IMG/VR virus record: IMGVR_UViG_2758568729_000001
Location: 86,427 to 150,426 of that record
DNA: 64,000 nt
Source of the DNA: a virus
Taxonomy: Duplodnaviria > Caudoviricetes
Direction: 5' to 3' (one strand)
Shown: positions 44,899 to 54,144 of the stretch, piece by piece
Position numbering within the stretch: position 1 is the stretch's first letter
Layout: the number at the start of each line of letters is the position of its first letter
Position numbers and translations under genes: made by a program
The notes under the pieces: model-generated
Databases searched by the model: none
What the model saw: only the letters and a program-made list of their open reading frames with translations
What the model was told of the DNA's origin: nothing

Positions 44899-46047
44899 TC
44901 AGCGGGTCACGCGGATCGGCATGATCAGGTACCGGTAGTGCGGGTCCGGCTCCTCGCCGGCAGACGGGGCCCCCGTCATCACGGCCGGTTTGAACGCGTC
45001 CACGAACCCGAAATGCGCCACCGACTGGTTCAGGGCCTGCAACCCCTCCACCAGGTAGTGCGGGTTGAACCCGATGGTGAGCGGGGCGCCGGTGAATCTG
45101 GTGTCCATGGCCTCGGATGCGCGGGCGTCCTCGGTACCGCCGGCCTCCACCACGAGCCCGTCCAAGCTGAAGGTCAGGAGGACTGGGGTGGTGCGTTCGG
45201 CGACCAACGCCACCCGCTGCACAACCTCGATCAGCGAGGCGACCGGCACCTGCGCATGGGCCGCGTACTCCTTCGGGAACAGGGACCGGACCGGCGGGTA
45301 GTTCTGCCCGTCGAGGAGCCGGGAGGTGAACTCGTGCCGGGGGCCGGCGATCCCCGCCACCCCCTGACCGGGGCTGGTCTGGTCCAGGGACAGGGTGACG
45401 GTGCCGCCGGCCGACGCGAAACCTTTGGCCATGCCGGCGAGCACCTTCGCCGGGATGAGGGCAGCGAGCCCGTCCGGGAGGTCGGCGGCCGGCTCCCACG
45501 GCACCTCGGCCACGGCGAGCCGGTACCGGTCGGTGGCGAGCATCGCCATGGTGTTGCCGTTCAGCTCGACCCGAACACCGGTCATCATCGGCAGGGTGTC
45601 GTCCCGGCCGGCGGCCACCGCGACCTGGGCGACCAGCCGGCCGAACGCGGCGGCGTCGATCGTCCCGGCCGGGTTCGGAATGACCGGCAGCGCCGGGTAG
45701 TCCTCCACCGGCATCGTCGGCAGGGTGAACCGGGCGCTACCGCACACCATCTCCAGGTGGGTGCCGACAGCGGTCAGCTCAACCGGTTTCGCCGGCAACG
45801 CTTTGGTGATCTCGGCGAGGAGCTTGCCCGACACCAGGACCGCGCCGGGCTGCTCGTCGGTGCGGGCGATGGTGTCGACCTGGCTGCGGGTGGACACCTC
45901 GTAGTCGAACCCGGTCACTGTGAGGGTGCCGTGCTCGATGCGGAGAAGGAGGCCGGACAGGACCGGCACCGACGGGCGGGCCGGGAGTTGCTTCGCCGCG
46001 GTGCCGACCGCTTCGGCGAGCACCTTCGGGTCGACGGTGGCCTTCAC
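44899..46047 (-). CDS. dnaN: DNA polymerase III beta sliding clamp
   Basis: [35 protein letters not shown]. Confidence 0.96.
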   Translation of the reverse strand: MKATVDPKVLAEAVGTAAKQLPARPSVPVLSGLLLRIEHGTLTVTGFDYEVSTRSQVDTIARTDEQPGAVLVSGKLLAEITKALPAKPVELTAVGTHLEMVCGSARFTLPTMPVEDYPALPVIPNPAGTIDAAAFGRLVAQVAVAAGRDDTLPMMTGVRVELNGNTMAMLATDRYRLAVAEVPWEPAADLPDGLAALIPAKVLAGMAKGFASAGGTVTLSLDQTSPGQGVAGIAGPRHEFTSRLLDGQNYPPVRSLFPKEYAAHAQVPVASLIEVVQRVALVAERTTPVLLTFSLDGLVVEAGGTEDARASEAMDTRFTGAPLTIGFNPHYLVEGLQALNQSVAHFGFVDAFKPAVMTGAPSAGEEPDPHYRYLIMPIRVTR

Positions 46048-46367
46048 GCGGCGGCCCGTAGAACCCGGAGCCCGCCACGGCGCTTGACCGCACGGCGCTC
46101 CTCCTCGGACATGCCGCCCCACACCCCGGCGTCCTGCCCGGACTCCAGCGCCCATTGGAGGCAGGCGTCGGTGACCGTGCAGCCACGGCACACGGCCTTG
46201 GCCTGCTCGACCTGGAGCAGGGCGGGGCCGGAGGTGCCGATCGGGAAGAACAGCTCGGGGTCCTCGTCGCGGCAGGCGGAGTAGTGGCGCCAGTTCAGCC
46301 CCTTGCGCTCGGGGTCGGCGGGCTGGCCGTTGAGCTTCGGCGGCGGGCTGGCCTTCTTGACGGTCAT
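46044..46367 (-). CDS. whiB: WhiB1/WblE-like transcription factor
   Basis: CRDEDPELFFPIG...CRGC...C...GVWGGMSEEERR. Confidence 0.95.
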   Translation of the reverse strand: MTVKKASPPPKLNGQPADPERKGLNWRHYSACRDEDPELFFPIGTSGPALLQVEQAKAVCRGCTVTDACLQWALESGQDAGVWGGMSEEERRAVKRRGGLRVLRAAA

Positions 46368-46567
46368 TTGTCCTCCTTGCGTGGTTGGGTTGGTGCTTTT
46401 GGGTGGGTGTCCCACCCCTTTTCGTCGTCGCCGGTGGCCGGGATCTGCTCGGGAGTGCGGTAGCCGTACCGGGTGTCGCCGCCGTAGTCGGGGTCGATCA
46501 CCGGCGGCCGGGGGTCTCGCTTGAAGTTCAGGTGGACCCGCCTGCGGCCGGTCTTCACGCGGTTCAC
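46364..46567 (-). CDS. Hypothetical protein
   Basis: 67 aa, coupled. Confidence 0.55.
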   Translation of the reverse strand: MNRVKTGRRRVHLNFKRDPRPPVIDPDYGGDTRYGYRTPEQIPATGDDEKGWDTHPKAPTQPRKEDK

Positions 46568-46770
46568 TGGGCACCGGCCCGGCGTAGTCCTCGGAACGGG
46601 CGCACGACGCAGGTCCCGTCGGGGAGCTGCACCATGACGTTCCGGGGAGTGGTGGGCTTGAGATCGAGGTGCGGGACCCTGGGCATGCGTTCGGTCTTGC
46701 GCTGCTGCCGCCAGGCCACAATCGCCACGACGGGTTCACCGCGCAGCAGGTAAGTGGTCCCGGGGATCAC
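46564..46770 (-). CDS. Hypothetical protein
   Basis: GTTYLLRGEPV...PRNV....DG..VVRPFRGLR. Confidence 0.7.
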   Translation of the reverse strand: MIPGTTYLLRGEPVVAIVAWRQQRKTERMPRVPHLDLKPTTPRNVMVQLPDGTCVVRPFRGLRRAGAQ

Positions 46771-47717
46771 GCCGCCACCGCCGTACGACCAGCCGGGTAC
46801 TCCCGGATGCGGAGGTCCTCGGGCCAGGTCGACCAGTCGCCGCCCTTACCCGTGCCGGCCCACCGCTGCCCGAGTTGCTTCACGAAGACGGCGGTGCCGG
46901 CGGCCCGAGCCTTGCCGATCAGCTCGTACACCCAGTCCAGGTGCATCGGGCGTGACCTGGGCCCGGACTCCCCGCCGATGATCAGCCAGTCGATACCGGT
47001 CAGGTCCAGCGACGGCAGCGGCCCGAGCAGCGGTTCGGCGGAGATGAACCGCACTACGGCCGGGGTGGCACGCAGGTCGTCGGCCCGGTCGGTGTGCTTG
47101 TCCAGCTCGATCGAGGTGCCCATCCACACGTTCGGCAGAGGCCACTCCATGCGGTGGTATAGACCGTGCTTCAGTCCGGGCACGTACATGGGGTTGTGTG
47201 GGGTTGCCGCCCATTCCATCTCCGACCGGAAATGCACGCCCGACTGGTGGCCGGCGCCGCAGTTGCAGTCGTCGGTCAGGATTCGGGCCATCCGGCGAGG
47301 GCGCTTGGTGAGGATCTGGTAGGTGTGCTGTCGGGTGTCGGCCATGACCGCCCACACGCGGGTCAGGAACTCGCGGGTGATTCGGGCGTGCCCGAGGTCG
47401 GACATGGAGTTAACGAACACGGTGCTGGGCTTGCGCCACCGCAGCGGCTCCGGGAGCACATCGGGGTGCATGGTGACGCCGAACCCCGGCCCGGAGGTGA
47501 CTGGGTTGCCGTCGTTCTGGTACTTCGCGGACCCCATGGCCTTGAGCCGCTTGGCCATGGTGCAGGCGTAGCAGCCGCCGATGCCGTCTTCGCCTTGGTC
47601 GTCGTCGGACATGGGCAGACCGCACCCGGCGCTGATCTTGTCGCAGCCGGTAGTCGGGTTCCAGGTGCGTCCGACGGTGCCGGCCCGCTTCGTCCATTCG
47701 ATGTCGGTCTCAGACAT
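46767..47717 (-). CDS. DUF5131 / phage Gp37-Gp68 family protein
   Basis: IEWT...WNPTTGC...FVNSMSDL...LTKRP...SAEPLLG...GGESG...FVKQ. Confidence 0.93.
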   Translation of the reverse strand: MSETDIEWTKRAGTVGRTWNPTTGCDKISAGCGLPMSDDDQGEDGIGGCYACTMAKRLKAMGSAKYQNDGNPVTSGPGFGVTMHPDVLPEPLRWRKPSTVFVNSMSDLGHARITREFLTRVWAVMADTRQHTYQILTKRPRRMARILTDDCNCGAGHQSGVHFRSEMEWAATPHNPMYVPGLKHGLYHRMEWPLPNVWMGTSIELDKHTDRADDLRATPAVVRFISAEPLLGPLPSLDLTGIDWLIIGGESGPRSRPMHLDWVYELIGKARAAGTAVFVKQLGQRWAGTGKGGDWSTWPEDLRIREYPAGRTAVAA

Positions 47718-48408
47718 GTGCCACCTCCTTCATGTGGTTGTGGTTGGGGTGGTGTTTGCCGGCCAGTACCTCGGTCGCGAGCCGGCCAGCCGGGGTGGCC
47801 GGGTCGAGGTCGCGGATCTCTTCCAGGGCGATCCGGAACACGGCAGCGTCGGTGAACGCCTGGCCGATCCGGTCGCATGCCAGCGCGGCGCTCGGCGCGG
47901 GCGCGGCCGGGGTGAACAGATCCGCCGGGGACAGGTCGGTGATGACCACCGTCATCCCGCCGTGAGGCGACACCAGCCGGCGGCGGTCGGCGGCCGGCAG
48001 CCCCGCCAGGACGGTTGGCCACAGCGGGCCGATCGCCAACGTGGCCGACTCCAGGTACTCCGGGGTGTCGTCGGGGATGAGCGACCAGCCGGGCGCCGAA
48101 GCGCCATTCGGACGCTTCGCCGTTGGCGCCTGTACGAACGGCGGCCCGAACGCGTCGATGACCGGTTTCGCGGTTTCCGAGTAGTTCAGGGCGTCCCGGC
48201 GGGCGCGGTCGGTGAAGTGGAACGTGATGTTGTACCGGACCCGGCGGAGGTGCTTCGGGAGCCGGTAGAACGCGGCGGTGTCGTACCCGGCCTTCCGCCA
48301 CTGCTTCCGGTTCGCCGACGTCGGCCGCGGCCCCTTGTTGTGGGAGTCGTTGGTCGACCACAACTGCGCCGGGGCGGCGATGTGGAGCGTCCAGGTGCGG
48401 CCGGTCAC
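47710..48408 (-). CDS. RusA-like Holliday junction resolvase
   Basis: RRDALNYSETAKPVIDA...IPDD. Confidence 0.7.
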   Translation of the reverse strand: MTGRTWTLHIAAPAQLWSTNDSHNKGPRPTSANRKQWRKAGYDTAAFYRLPKHLRRVRYNITFHFTDRARRDALNYSETAKPVIDAFGPPFVQAPTAKRPNGASAPGWSLIPDDTPEYLESATLAIGPLWPTVLAGLPAADRRRLVSPHGGMTVVITDLSPADLFTPAAPAPSAALACDRIGQAFTDAAVFRIALEEIRDLDPATPAGRLATEVLAGKHHPNHNHMKEVAHV

Positions 48409-48824
48409 TGGGTCACGTCCAGTGGGGTGATCTCCCGCAGTACCCGGCCCGGGTCGGCGCCCCGCCGTACGGCGGTCGGCCAGTCGATCCATTCCTCGGC
48501 GACCACGTCCCACCAGTGGCGGTCGTGGCGGCGCTCGTGCCGGTCGTTGTGGCCTTCGGCGTCGTCCCGGCGGAACACCCGGTCGTTGCTGCCGTCCGGG
48601 TCGGTGCCGCCGAGCATGGTGCCGTCAGCGGGCTCGCCGGGCAGGTCCGGGAGGATCACCTTGTCGATCCGGTCCGGTCGTACCCACACCTGCTGCACGT
48701 CGGTCTTGCCCAGCACCTCGATCACGGCGCCGACACCGGGCAGCCAGCGGAGGACGGTGCCGCGCACCAGCACCTCATCGCCAACCATCGGTGTTTCCAC
48801 GCCGGGGTTCAGGTCGCCGACCAT
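48405..48824 (-). CDS. Hypothetical protein
   Basis: 139 aa, coupled. Confidence 0.65.
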   Translation of the reverse strand: MVGDLNPGVETPMVGDEVLVRGTVLRWLPGVGAVIEVLGKTDVQQVWVRPDRIDKVILPDLPGEPADGTMLGGTDPDGSNDRVFRRDDAEGHNDRHERRHDRHWWDVVAEEWIDWPTAVRRGADPGRVLREITPLDVTQ

Positions 48825-49255
48825 CAGCCGTTCACCTCACGGTTGATCAGCAGGTCGGTGTCGACGATCCCGTCCCCGCCGTGCTCCTCTTGGTCGTGGT
48901 TGGCCCAGTTCCGTACCAGCCGGTCGTGCTCATCGGCGGTGTCGTCACCGGTGCCGAGGACACCGTGGGTGGTGCAGCGCAGCACCCACACGGCGTTGCC
49001 GCCCTTGGGGCGGGATTCGAGGGTTCCGGAGCCCTCGCCGTAGAGGTTGTGCCCGAGGTTGCGGGCGAACACCTCGGCGATGACGGGGTTGTCGCGGAAC
49101 TCTTCACGGGACTCGTCGTAGGTGTCCCAGTCGGCGTCGCGGAGCTTTTCGAGCAGGGTGCCGAGGACGGCGCGGATGGTGTGCGCCGGGGCGTAGGTAT
49201 CAATCAGCGCGCTGGCGACCGGGTTGAAGATGTCGCTACCGGAGGAGAGGCCCAT
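48824..49255 (-). CDS. Hypothetical protein
   Basis: MGLSSGSDIF...DWDT.DES. Confidence 0.65.
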   Translation of the reverse strand: MGLSSGSDIFNPVASALIDTYAPAHTIRAVLGTLLEKLRDADWDTYDESREEFRDNPVIAEVFARNLGHNLYGEGSGTLESRPKGGNAVWVLRCTTHGVLGTGDDTADEHDRLVRNWANHDQEEHGGDGIVDTDLLINREVNG

Positions 49256-49707
49256 CAGCGGGTCACCGCCAGCGCGAGCTGTTGCTGAACCGCCGACACC
49301 AGATGCGGCTCCGGTGTCCAGAGCCCCAGCGCACCTCGGGCCGGAATCGGCTGGTCCAGGACCCGCACGTGGTCCAGGACCAAGTGGGCCGCCGGCAGGG
49401 TGCCGCGCCGGGTCTCGTACCACTCCTCACCCCACGGCCGGCAGCACCGGTTCTCCGCGCGGTGGGCGTCGACCAGGTCGGCGACGGCGAGGACGGCCCG
49501 CATCGGGCGCCCGTGAGCCGGGTCGGTGCCCCAGATGCGGATGCACCGGTAGTCGGCCTCGCCGGTCTTCGAGATGGACGCGCCGGCGTGGATGAGGATC
49601 GGGCCCCGGTAGGTGGTGGACTGGCCGCGGTTCTCGACCCGCTTCGCCCCGGGGGCGGTGGTGGCGATGCAGGACGCCCACGGCTGCTGGACAGTGATGG
49701 CCTTCAT
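49255..49707 (-). CDS. ASCH domain protein
   Basis: KAITVQQPWA...KRVENR...YRGPILIHAG...RGALGLW. Confidence 0.88.
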   Translation of the reverse strand: MKAITVQQPWASCIATTAPGAKRVENRGQSTTYRGPILIHAGASISKTGEADYRCIRIWGTDPAHGRPMRAVLAVADLVDAHRAENRCCRPWGEEWYETRRGTLPAAHLVLDHVRVLDQPIPARGALGLWTPEPHLVSAVQQQLALAVTR

Positions 49708-49708
49708 C

Positions 49709-50566
49709 TCAGCCACGCCACCGCTCCTCACCGCGGGCGACCTCTTCGGTGTGGTCGTCGGCCGAGGACGGCCACTCGACCACCACCGCGTGCCAACGGG
49801 GGTCGAGTTCGGACGCGTCCGGGCGCTTCGTGAACTGCTCCCACGCGGCGTTGATCTCGGCGGCCTTGCGGTCGGCCTCAGCCAGGTCGGCGGCGGCGAT
49901 CACGTCGTCGGGGCCTTCGACGTGCACGGCCCACAGGGCGGACGACGCGACCTCGGTACGGAGACTGTCCGCCTTCGCCGCGTCCTGGCGGTGCGTGGCG
50001 GCCTGCGCCTTCCAATATTCGTCGCCCTGCTGCGCCCACCCGTCGGCCTCGGCGGCTTCGGTCAGGTGCCGATCCCGGAGCGCGGCCAGTTCGGTCACGG
50101 CGACCTCACGGGTCAGCCACTCGTTGTCGAGGATCGGGGTGTTGCCCTCGTAGAGCATGTCCCGGAGGTAGCTGCCAACGGTGTTCAGCGACATGTGGGC
50201 GCTGCGGTCGTAGAACGCCGCCTTGTAGAAGATCGACACCCGGCGCCGGCCGTACCCGTCGACCAGGTACGACCACATGGCGTGATCCGAACCCTCCCGC
50301 TTCCAGCCCTCCGGGAGGGTGGCCGGCCGGAACATCGGGTCGCTGGGGTCTGGGTCACCGAACTCGAATCCGACCGCCTCGAACTCGGCCTGGCTGCCGC
50401 CGAGAATCCGGGTCGGCAGAAGATCGGAGTGGACGAGCTGGCGCTGGCCGGCGGCCTCCATGTCGGTGATGTAGGTGTCGGTGCCGTCGGACATGGCGCC
50501 GAGTAGGTGAAGCATGGGGTCGCGGCGAGCGGTGTTCTCGATCATGGTTGCCTCCTCAGAAGTCAT
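49709..50566 (-). CDS. Hypothetical protein
   Basis: 285 aa; LPEGW...SDH.MWS...FYKAAFYDR.A. Confidence 0.75.
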   Translation of the reverse strand: MTSEEATMIENTARRDPMLHLLGAMSDGTDTYITDMEAAGQRQLVHSDLLPTRILGGSQAEFEAVGFEFGDPDPSDPMFRPATLPEGWKREGSDHAMWSYLVDGYGRRRVSIFYKAAFYDRSAHMSLNTVGSYLRDMLYEGNTPILDNEWLTREVAVTELAALRDRHLTEAAEADGWAQQGDEYWKAQAATHRQDAAKADSLRTEVASSALWAVHVEGPDDVIAAADLAEADRKAAEINAAWEQFTKRPDASELDPRWHAVVVEWPSSADDHTEEVARGEERWRG

Positions 50567-51006
50567 TGGGATCGCTCCGGAATCAGAGCCTTGGCGGTAC
50601 GCAGGTACTCCACGGCGGCGAGAAGCAGTTCGGGGCTGTCTCCAAACCCACCAAGCGCCGCGTTATGCATTCGGCACAGCAAGCCCCGGACAGTGCCGTC
50701 CGAATGGTCGTGGTCAACTGACAGCCATTCGCGTTCGGTCTCGGGCTGGCCGCAGATTGCGCACTTGCCGTCCTGTGCCCGCCACATCTCGTTGTACTGC
50801 TCGACGGTGATACCGAACTTGCGGGCTAACCACTGCCTGCGGGTGATGGCCCTGTTCTCCTCGCCGCGAGCGAGCCAACGCTGGTGGCCGTAGTCGCTGG
50901 TGCATGCCTTACACCAAGTGCGAAGGCGTCCGTCGCGACGCTTGTAGAACTCCGAGTGGGCCTTGGTGTGCCCACACCTTGTGCAGCAGCCCTGAATGGC
51001 AGTCAT
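50563..51006 (-). CDS. Endonuclease VII-like HNH nuclease
   Basis: QDGKCAIC...VDHDH..G.VRGLLC...N..LG.F.D. Confidence 0.9.
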   Translation of the reverse strand: MTAIQGCCTRCGHTKAHSEFYKRRDGRLRTWCKACTSDYGHQRWLARGEENRAITRRQWLARKFGITVEQYNEMWRAQDGKCAICGQPETEREWLSVDHDHSDGTVRGLLCRMHNAALGGFGDSPELLLAAVEYLRTAKALIPERSQ

Positions 51007-51016
51007 TTATCAATCC

Positions 51017-51361
51017 CTACCAATCGTGGATGCAGTGCTGGCAGAAGTGGATGCCGTTGGCCCGGCGGAACAGGGCCCGGACCAGCAGGAGAGGTGCGGC
51101 CAGGCGCGGCCACCGGGCGGTCCAGCCGAAGTCGACGCCGGGCGGCGGCCGGAGGGGCGACACCATGTCCCGGCGGAAGAGGGACCAGTGCTGGCGGAGG
51201 TACGCCCGGCGCAGCTCCCACCCGGTGCGGTACACGTGCCCGCACTCGATGCAGACGATGTAGAACTTGTCCGCCGTCTCGTCTACGTGGTGCTCCCAGC
51301 AGTGCTCGTCGGGAGCGCAACCGGGCGCACCGGGCTCGTGCTGCTCAACCGAGGCGATCAC
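51017..51361 (-). CDS. Hypothetical zinc-finger protein
   Basis: CIECGH...FCQHCIHDW. Confidence 0.65.
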   Translation of the reverse strand: MIASVEQHEPGAPGCAPDEHCWEHHVDETADKFYIVCIECGHVYRTGWELRRAYLRQHWSLFRRDMVSPLRPPPGVDFGWTARWPRLAAPLLLVRALFRRANGIHFCQHCIHDW

Positions 51362-51891
51362 GCGCCCACCGCCGGTTCGGTGGTGGTCCAGCCGCCGTCG
51401 CCGGTCAGCCACACCCGTCCGTGGACGGCGTGGTCGATCGGCTTCAGGGCCGGGTTGTCGGTCGAGAGGATTGCCCACCCGAACGGCCGGGCGGCCTCAC
51501 GCTCGGACTCGACCCACCCGTGACACCCGGTCGTGGCAGACCCGCACAGGAGGATCAGGTTCGGTGCCGTGTTCGTGTCCGGGCGGCGGGTGCCGCCGTT
51601 GCCGCGTGCCCGCCGGTGCTGCACCGACCAGTCCCAGCCGCGTTCACCGGTCTGCTCTACCCCGCACCGGACGCACCGGCCCTGATCCCGTTCGATGACC
51701 AGGGCCACGGTGGTGGCGTCCGGGCCGGTGTAGACCGGCCGGGCGGTCGGGGAGGGCGGCCTGCGGGCGATCCCGGTCGACTTGTCCGGCCAGGTCCCAT
51801 AGGTCAGCGTCGAGTACGGGTTGGAGTTGCCGGCCTCGGCGAGCGCGGCCCGCCGCTTCGCGGACATCCGCTGGATCGGAGAGCGGTTCAC
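51358..51891 (-). CDS. HNH endonuclease
   Basis: RDQGRCVRCG...HRR.R..GG...NLILLCG....CHGWVE. Confidence 0.85.
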   Translation of the reverse strand: MNRSPIQRMSAKRRAALAEAGNSNPYSTLTYGTWPDKSTGIARRPPSPTARPVYTGPDATTVALVIERDQGRCVRCGVEQTGERGWDWSVQHRRARGNGGTRRPDTNTAPNLILLCGSATTGCHGWVESEREAARPFGWAILSTDNPALKPIDHAVHGRVWLTGDGGWTTTEPAVGA

Positions 51892-52694
51892 TTCTGCACC
51901 GTCCGCATCGGCCATTCCAGGGACACCCCGTCCGCAGCCGTCCGCAGCTTCTCGACCTCGGCCGCCGCCTCGTCGTCGTCCCGGGCAGCCCTGTGCTCGA
52001 TCTCGTTGGCCTTCTGCCGCCAGAAGGCGGCCAGCCCCTCCGACTGCTCCCGGTACCAGCCGATCTGCGCGTCGTGCAGCTCGGGCAGGGTCATGGCGGC
52101 CAGGGCCGGGAACCGGGCCATGAGCTGCCATGCAACCCGGCCGGCGCGGGTGGCGTCGTACTCGGCGGTGTGGGCCTGCTCGTCGTCCCATCCGACACCG
52201 TGGACCTGGGCGAGAGTCTTGAGGCACCGGGCGCCCTGCGTTTCGGACACCCGACGCCGGTACTTGATGACCTTCTTGTCGAGGACACCGGGGTCGATGA
52301 TCGGGGCGAGGGGGCGGCCTTCGAGCCGGTCGGTGATGGTTGGGACGCCGTTGCGGCGGCAGTCCCGGTCGAGGACGGTGAGGTCGTACGGGGCGTTCAT
52401 GATCACCAGTGGCATGCCGGCGGTCAGGCACACCGCGATCTCGGCGCAGAAGTCGTCCAGCACCTCGGCCGGCTTCCCGCCCTCAGCCCGCAACTGTTCT
52501 GTCGTCAGCCCGTTGACCGCCGACGCCTCAGCCGGCATGTCCACCGCCACCAGCGCGGTCCGGACCTGCATCGACGCGTCAGCGGCCCGCATCAGCCCGA
52601 AGCAGATCGACGCGGTCAGCGCGGTCTCCGGGTCCTTGTCCGTGGACTCGATGTCCAGGACTGTGAACCCCTGGCTCCACCACGGGGCGGTCAC
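51888..52694 (-). CDS. DnaQ-like 3'-5' exonuclease
   Basis: DIEST, MNAPYDLTVLD, AHTAEYDA (DEDDh). Confidence 0.9.
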   Translation of the reverse strand: MTAPWWSQGFTVLDIESTDKDPETALTASICFGLMRAADASMQVRTALVAVDMPAEASAVNGLTTEQLRAEGGKPAEVLDDFCAEIAVCLTAGMPLVIMNAPYDLTVLDRDCRRNGVPTITDRLEGRPLAPIIDPGVLDKKVIKYRRRVSETQGARCLKTLAQVHGVGWDDEQAHTAEYDATRAGRVAWQLMARFPALAAMTLPELHDAQIGWYREQSEGLAAFWRQKANEIEHRAARDDDEAAAEVEKLRTAADGVSLEWPMRTVQK

Positions 52695-53251
52695 GGCAGC
52701 GTCCATTCCGGGGTGGTATCCGTGGCCGCGTGCTCGGCCCGGATCTGCTCGCACCGGCAGTCGTCGGCACCGGTCCGGACCGGGCACGTCGACCAGTGCT
52801 TGGCGCGCTCCGCGAGTTGCACCACCTCGGCCTGCTCAGTGGGCAGGTCGGCGACCAGCGCCCGGTACAGCACCGTGCTTCGCAACCACCCCACCGGGTC
52901 GGCAACCCGTTGATCCATCGCCTGGTCGAACGCGTCCGACGCGCTGTCACTCATGAGGTCGAGATCGCTCATTCCCGGCCCGGCGGTGACAGGACGCCCG
53001 TTGTCCTCGCCGACGACGTCGAACCACACCGGTGCCGACATCGCCGAGATTTCGCCGAAGCCGTACCGGAACTCCAACGCTTTGGCCCGGCGCTCCAGGA
53101 AGCGGGCGGCGTTGAACCGCCACTCCCGGCCCATGTCCGCGACCCGTACCCGCTCACGGGGCGGCTTCGGCAGCCAGATCTCGCCCTGGTTGAAGTACCG
53201 GTAGGTAGCGACGCACACTCGCGTGAAGTCGTCCCTGTCGAGGTCGCTCAC
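52691..53251 (-). CDS. Hypothetical protein
   Basis: Coupled; WLRSTVLYRAL. Confidence 0.65.
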   Translation of the reverse strand: MSDLDRDDFTRVCVATYRYFNQGEIWLPKPPRERVRVADMGREWRFNAARFLERRAKALEFRYGFGEISAMSAPVWFDVVGEDNGRPVTAGPGMSDLDLMSDSASDAFDQAMDQRVADPVGWLRSTVLYRALVADLPTEQAEVVQLAERAKHWSTCPVRTGADDCRCEQIRAEHAATDTTPEWTLP

Positions 53252-54144
53252 TGGGAGGCCGGATTCGCGTCGGCGGGCTGCGCGGCCGGCGGCCAACCCA
53301 TGTCGTCGTCGGTGTCGTTCACGGCCCCGGTGGGCTCGTCGACCACGGTGCTGTCGATAGTCCGCCCGTCGTCCAGGGTGGCCACACCGCCGAGGTCGAT
53401 GACGGCCCCGTCCAGCAACTCGGCCCGGCGCAACTCCGAAGACTTCGGCGCGTACTTCTGCACCTGCCGCAAAGGCGTCTTGCCCCACATTTCGAGGAAG
53501 TTGCTGTCCCACACGTTGCCGTGTTTCTTCCGAAGCTCCTCGGCCTTCCAGCGGGGTGTGATGCTCACCTTGGTCCGGCCGCCGCCGCGCAGGGTGGCGT
53601 ACGCGTACGCGAACAGCGGGGCGCCCCGCTCCTCCGGCGGCAGCAGCAGCTTCGGTCGGTGGAAGAACCGGCCGCCGTCGCCGAGGGTGTACTCCCACTC
53701 GTCGGCCTCGTACACCATCTCGGCTTCGACCTGCTCCACCTGGCCCGACCGGTACATGAGCTGGATGTAGCCCTGGTAGCCGATGATCAGTTGGCACTCC
53801 AGGACGTTGCCCCTGCGGCGGTTCTTGAAGGTGGACAGCGACGCCTGCTCGGTGCACGGCGCCAGACCCAGCCGGGCGCACTCCATCAGCGCACCAAGCA
53901 GGCTCGGTCGGGTCGCCTCGATCAGCTTGTCGTTCTTGCGCATTCCGGTCAGGGCGATCCGGGCGAACATGTCCCACGGCAGCGCCGACGGCAACAGCTT
54001 CCGGAACTCGGACTCCATGGAGGCGATCAGGTCCCCGGCCGGGTCCGGCTTCCGGGTCGCCACCGTGGCGGCACCGTTCGGGGCCGGGGAGGTGGGGGCG
54101 TCGGGAATGGCGTCGCGCAACTGCGCGGTACGAGTGATCGTCAT
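53248..54144 (-). CDS. recT: RecT-family single-strand annealing protein
   Basis: SLLGALM..ARLGL.P...QLIIGYQGYIQL.YRSG...W...F.EM..KT. Confidence 0.92.
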   Translation of the reverse strand: MTITRTAQLRDAIPDAPTSPAPNGAATVATRKPDPAGDLIASMESEFRKLLPSALPWDMFARIALTGMRKNDKLIEATRPSLLGALMECARLGLAPCTEQASLSTFKNRRRGNVLECQLIIGYQGYIQLMYRSGQVEQVEAEMVYEADEWEYTLGDGGRFFHRPKLLLPPEERGAPLFAYAYATLRGGGRTKVSITPRWKAEELRKKHGNVWDSNFLEMWGKTPLRQVQKYAPKSSELRRAELLDGAVIDLGGVATLDDGRTIDSTVVDEPTGAVNDTDDDMGWPPAAQPADANPASQ

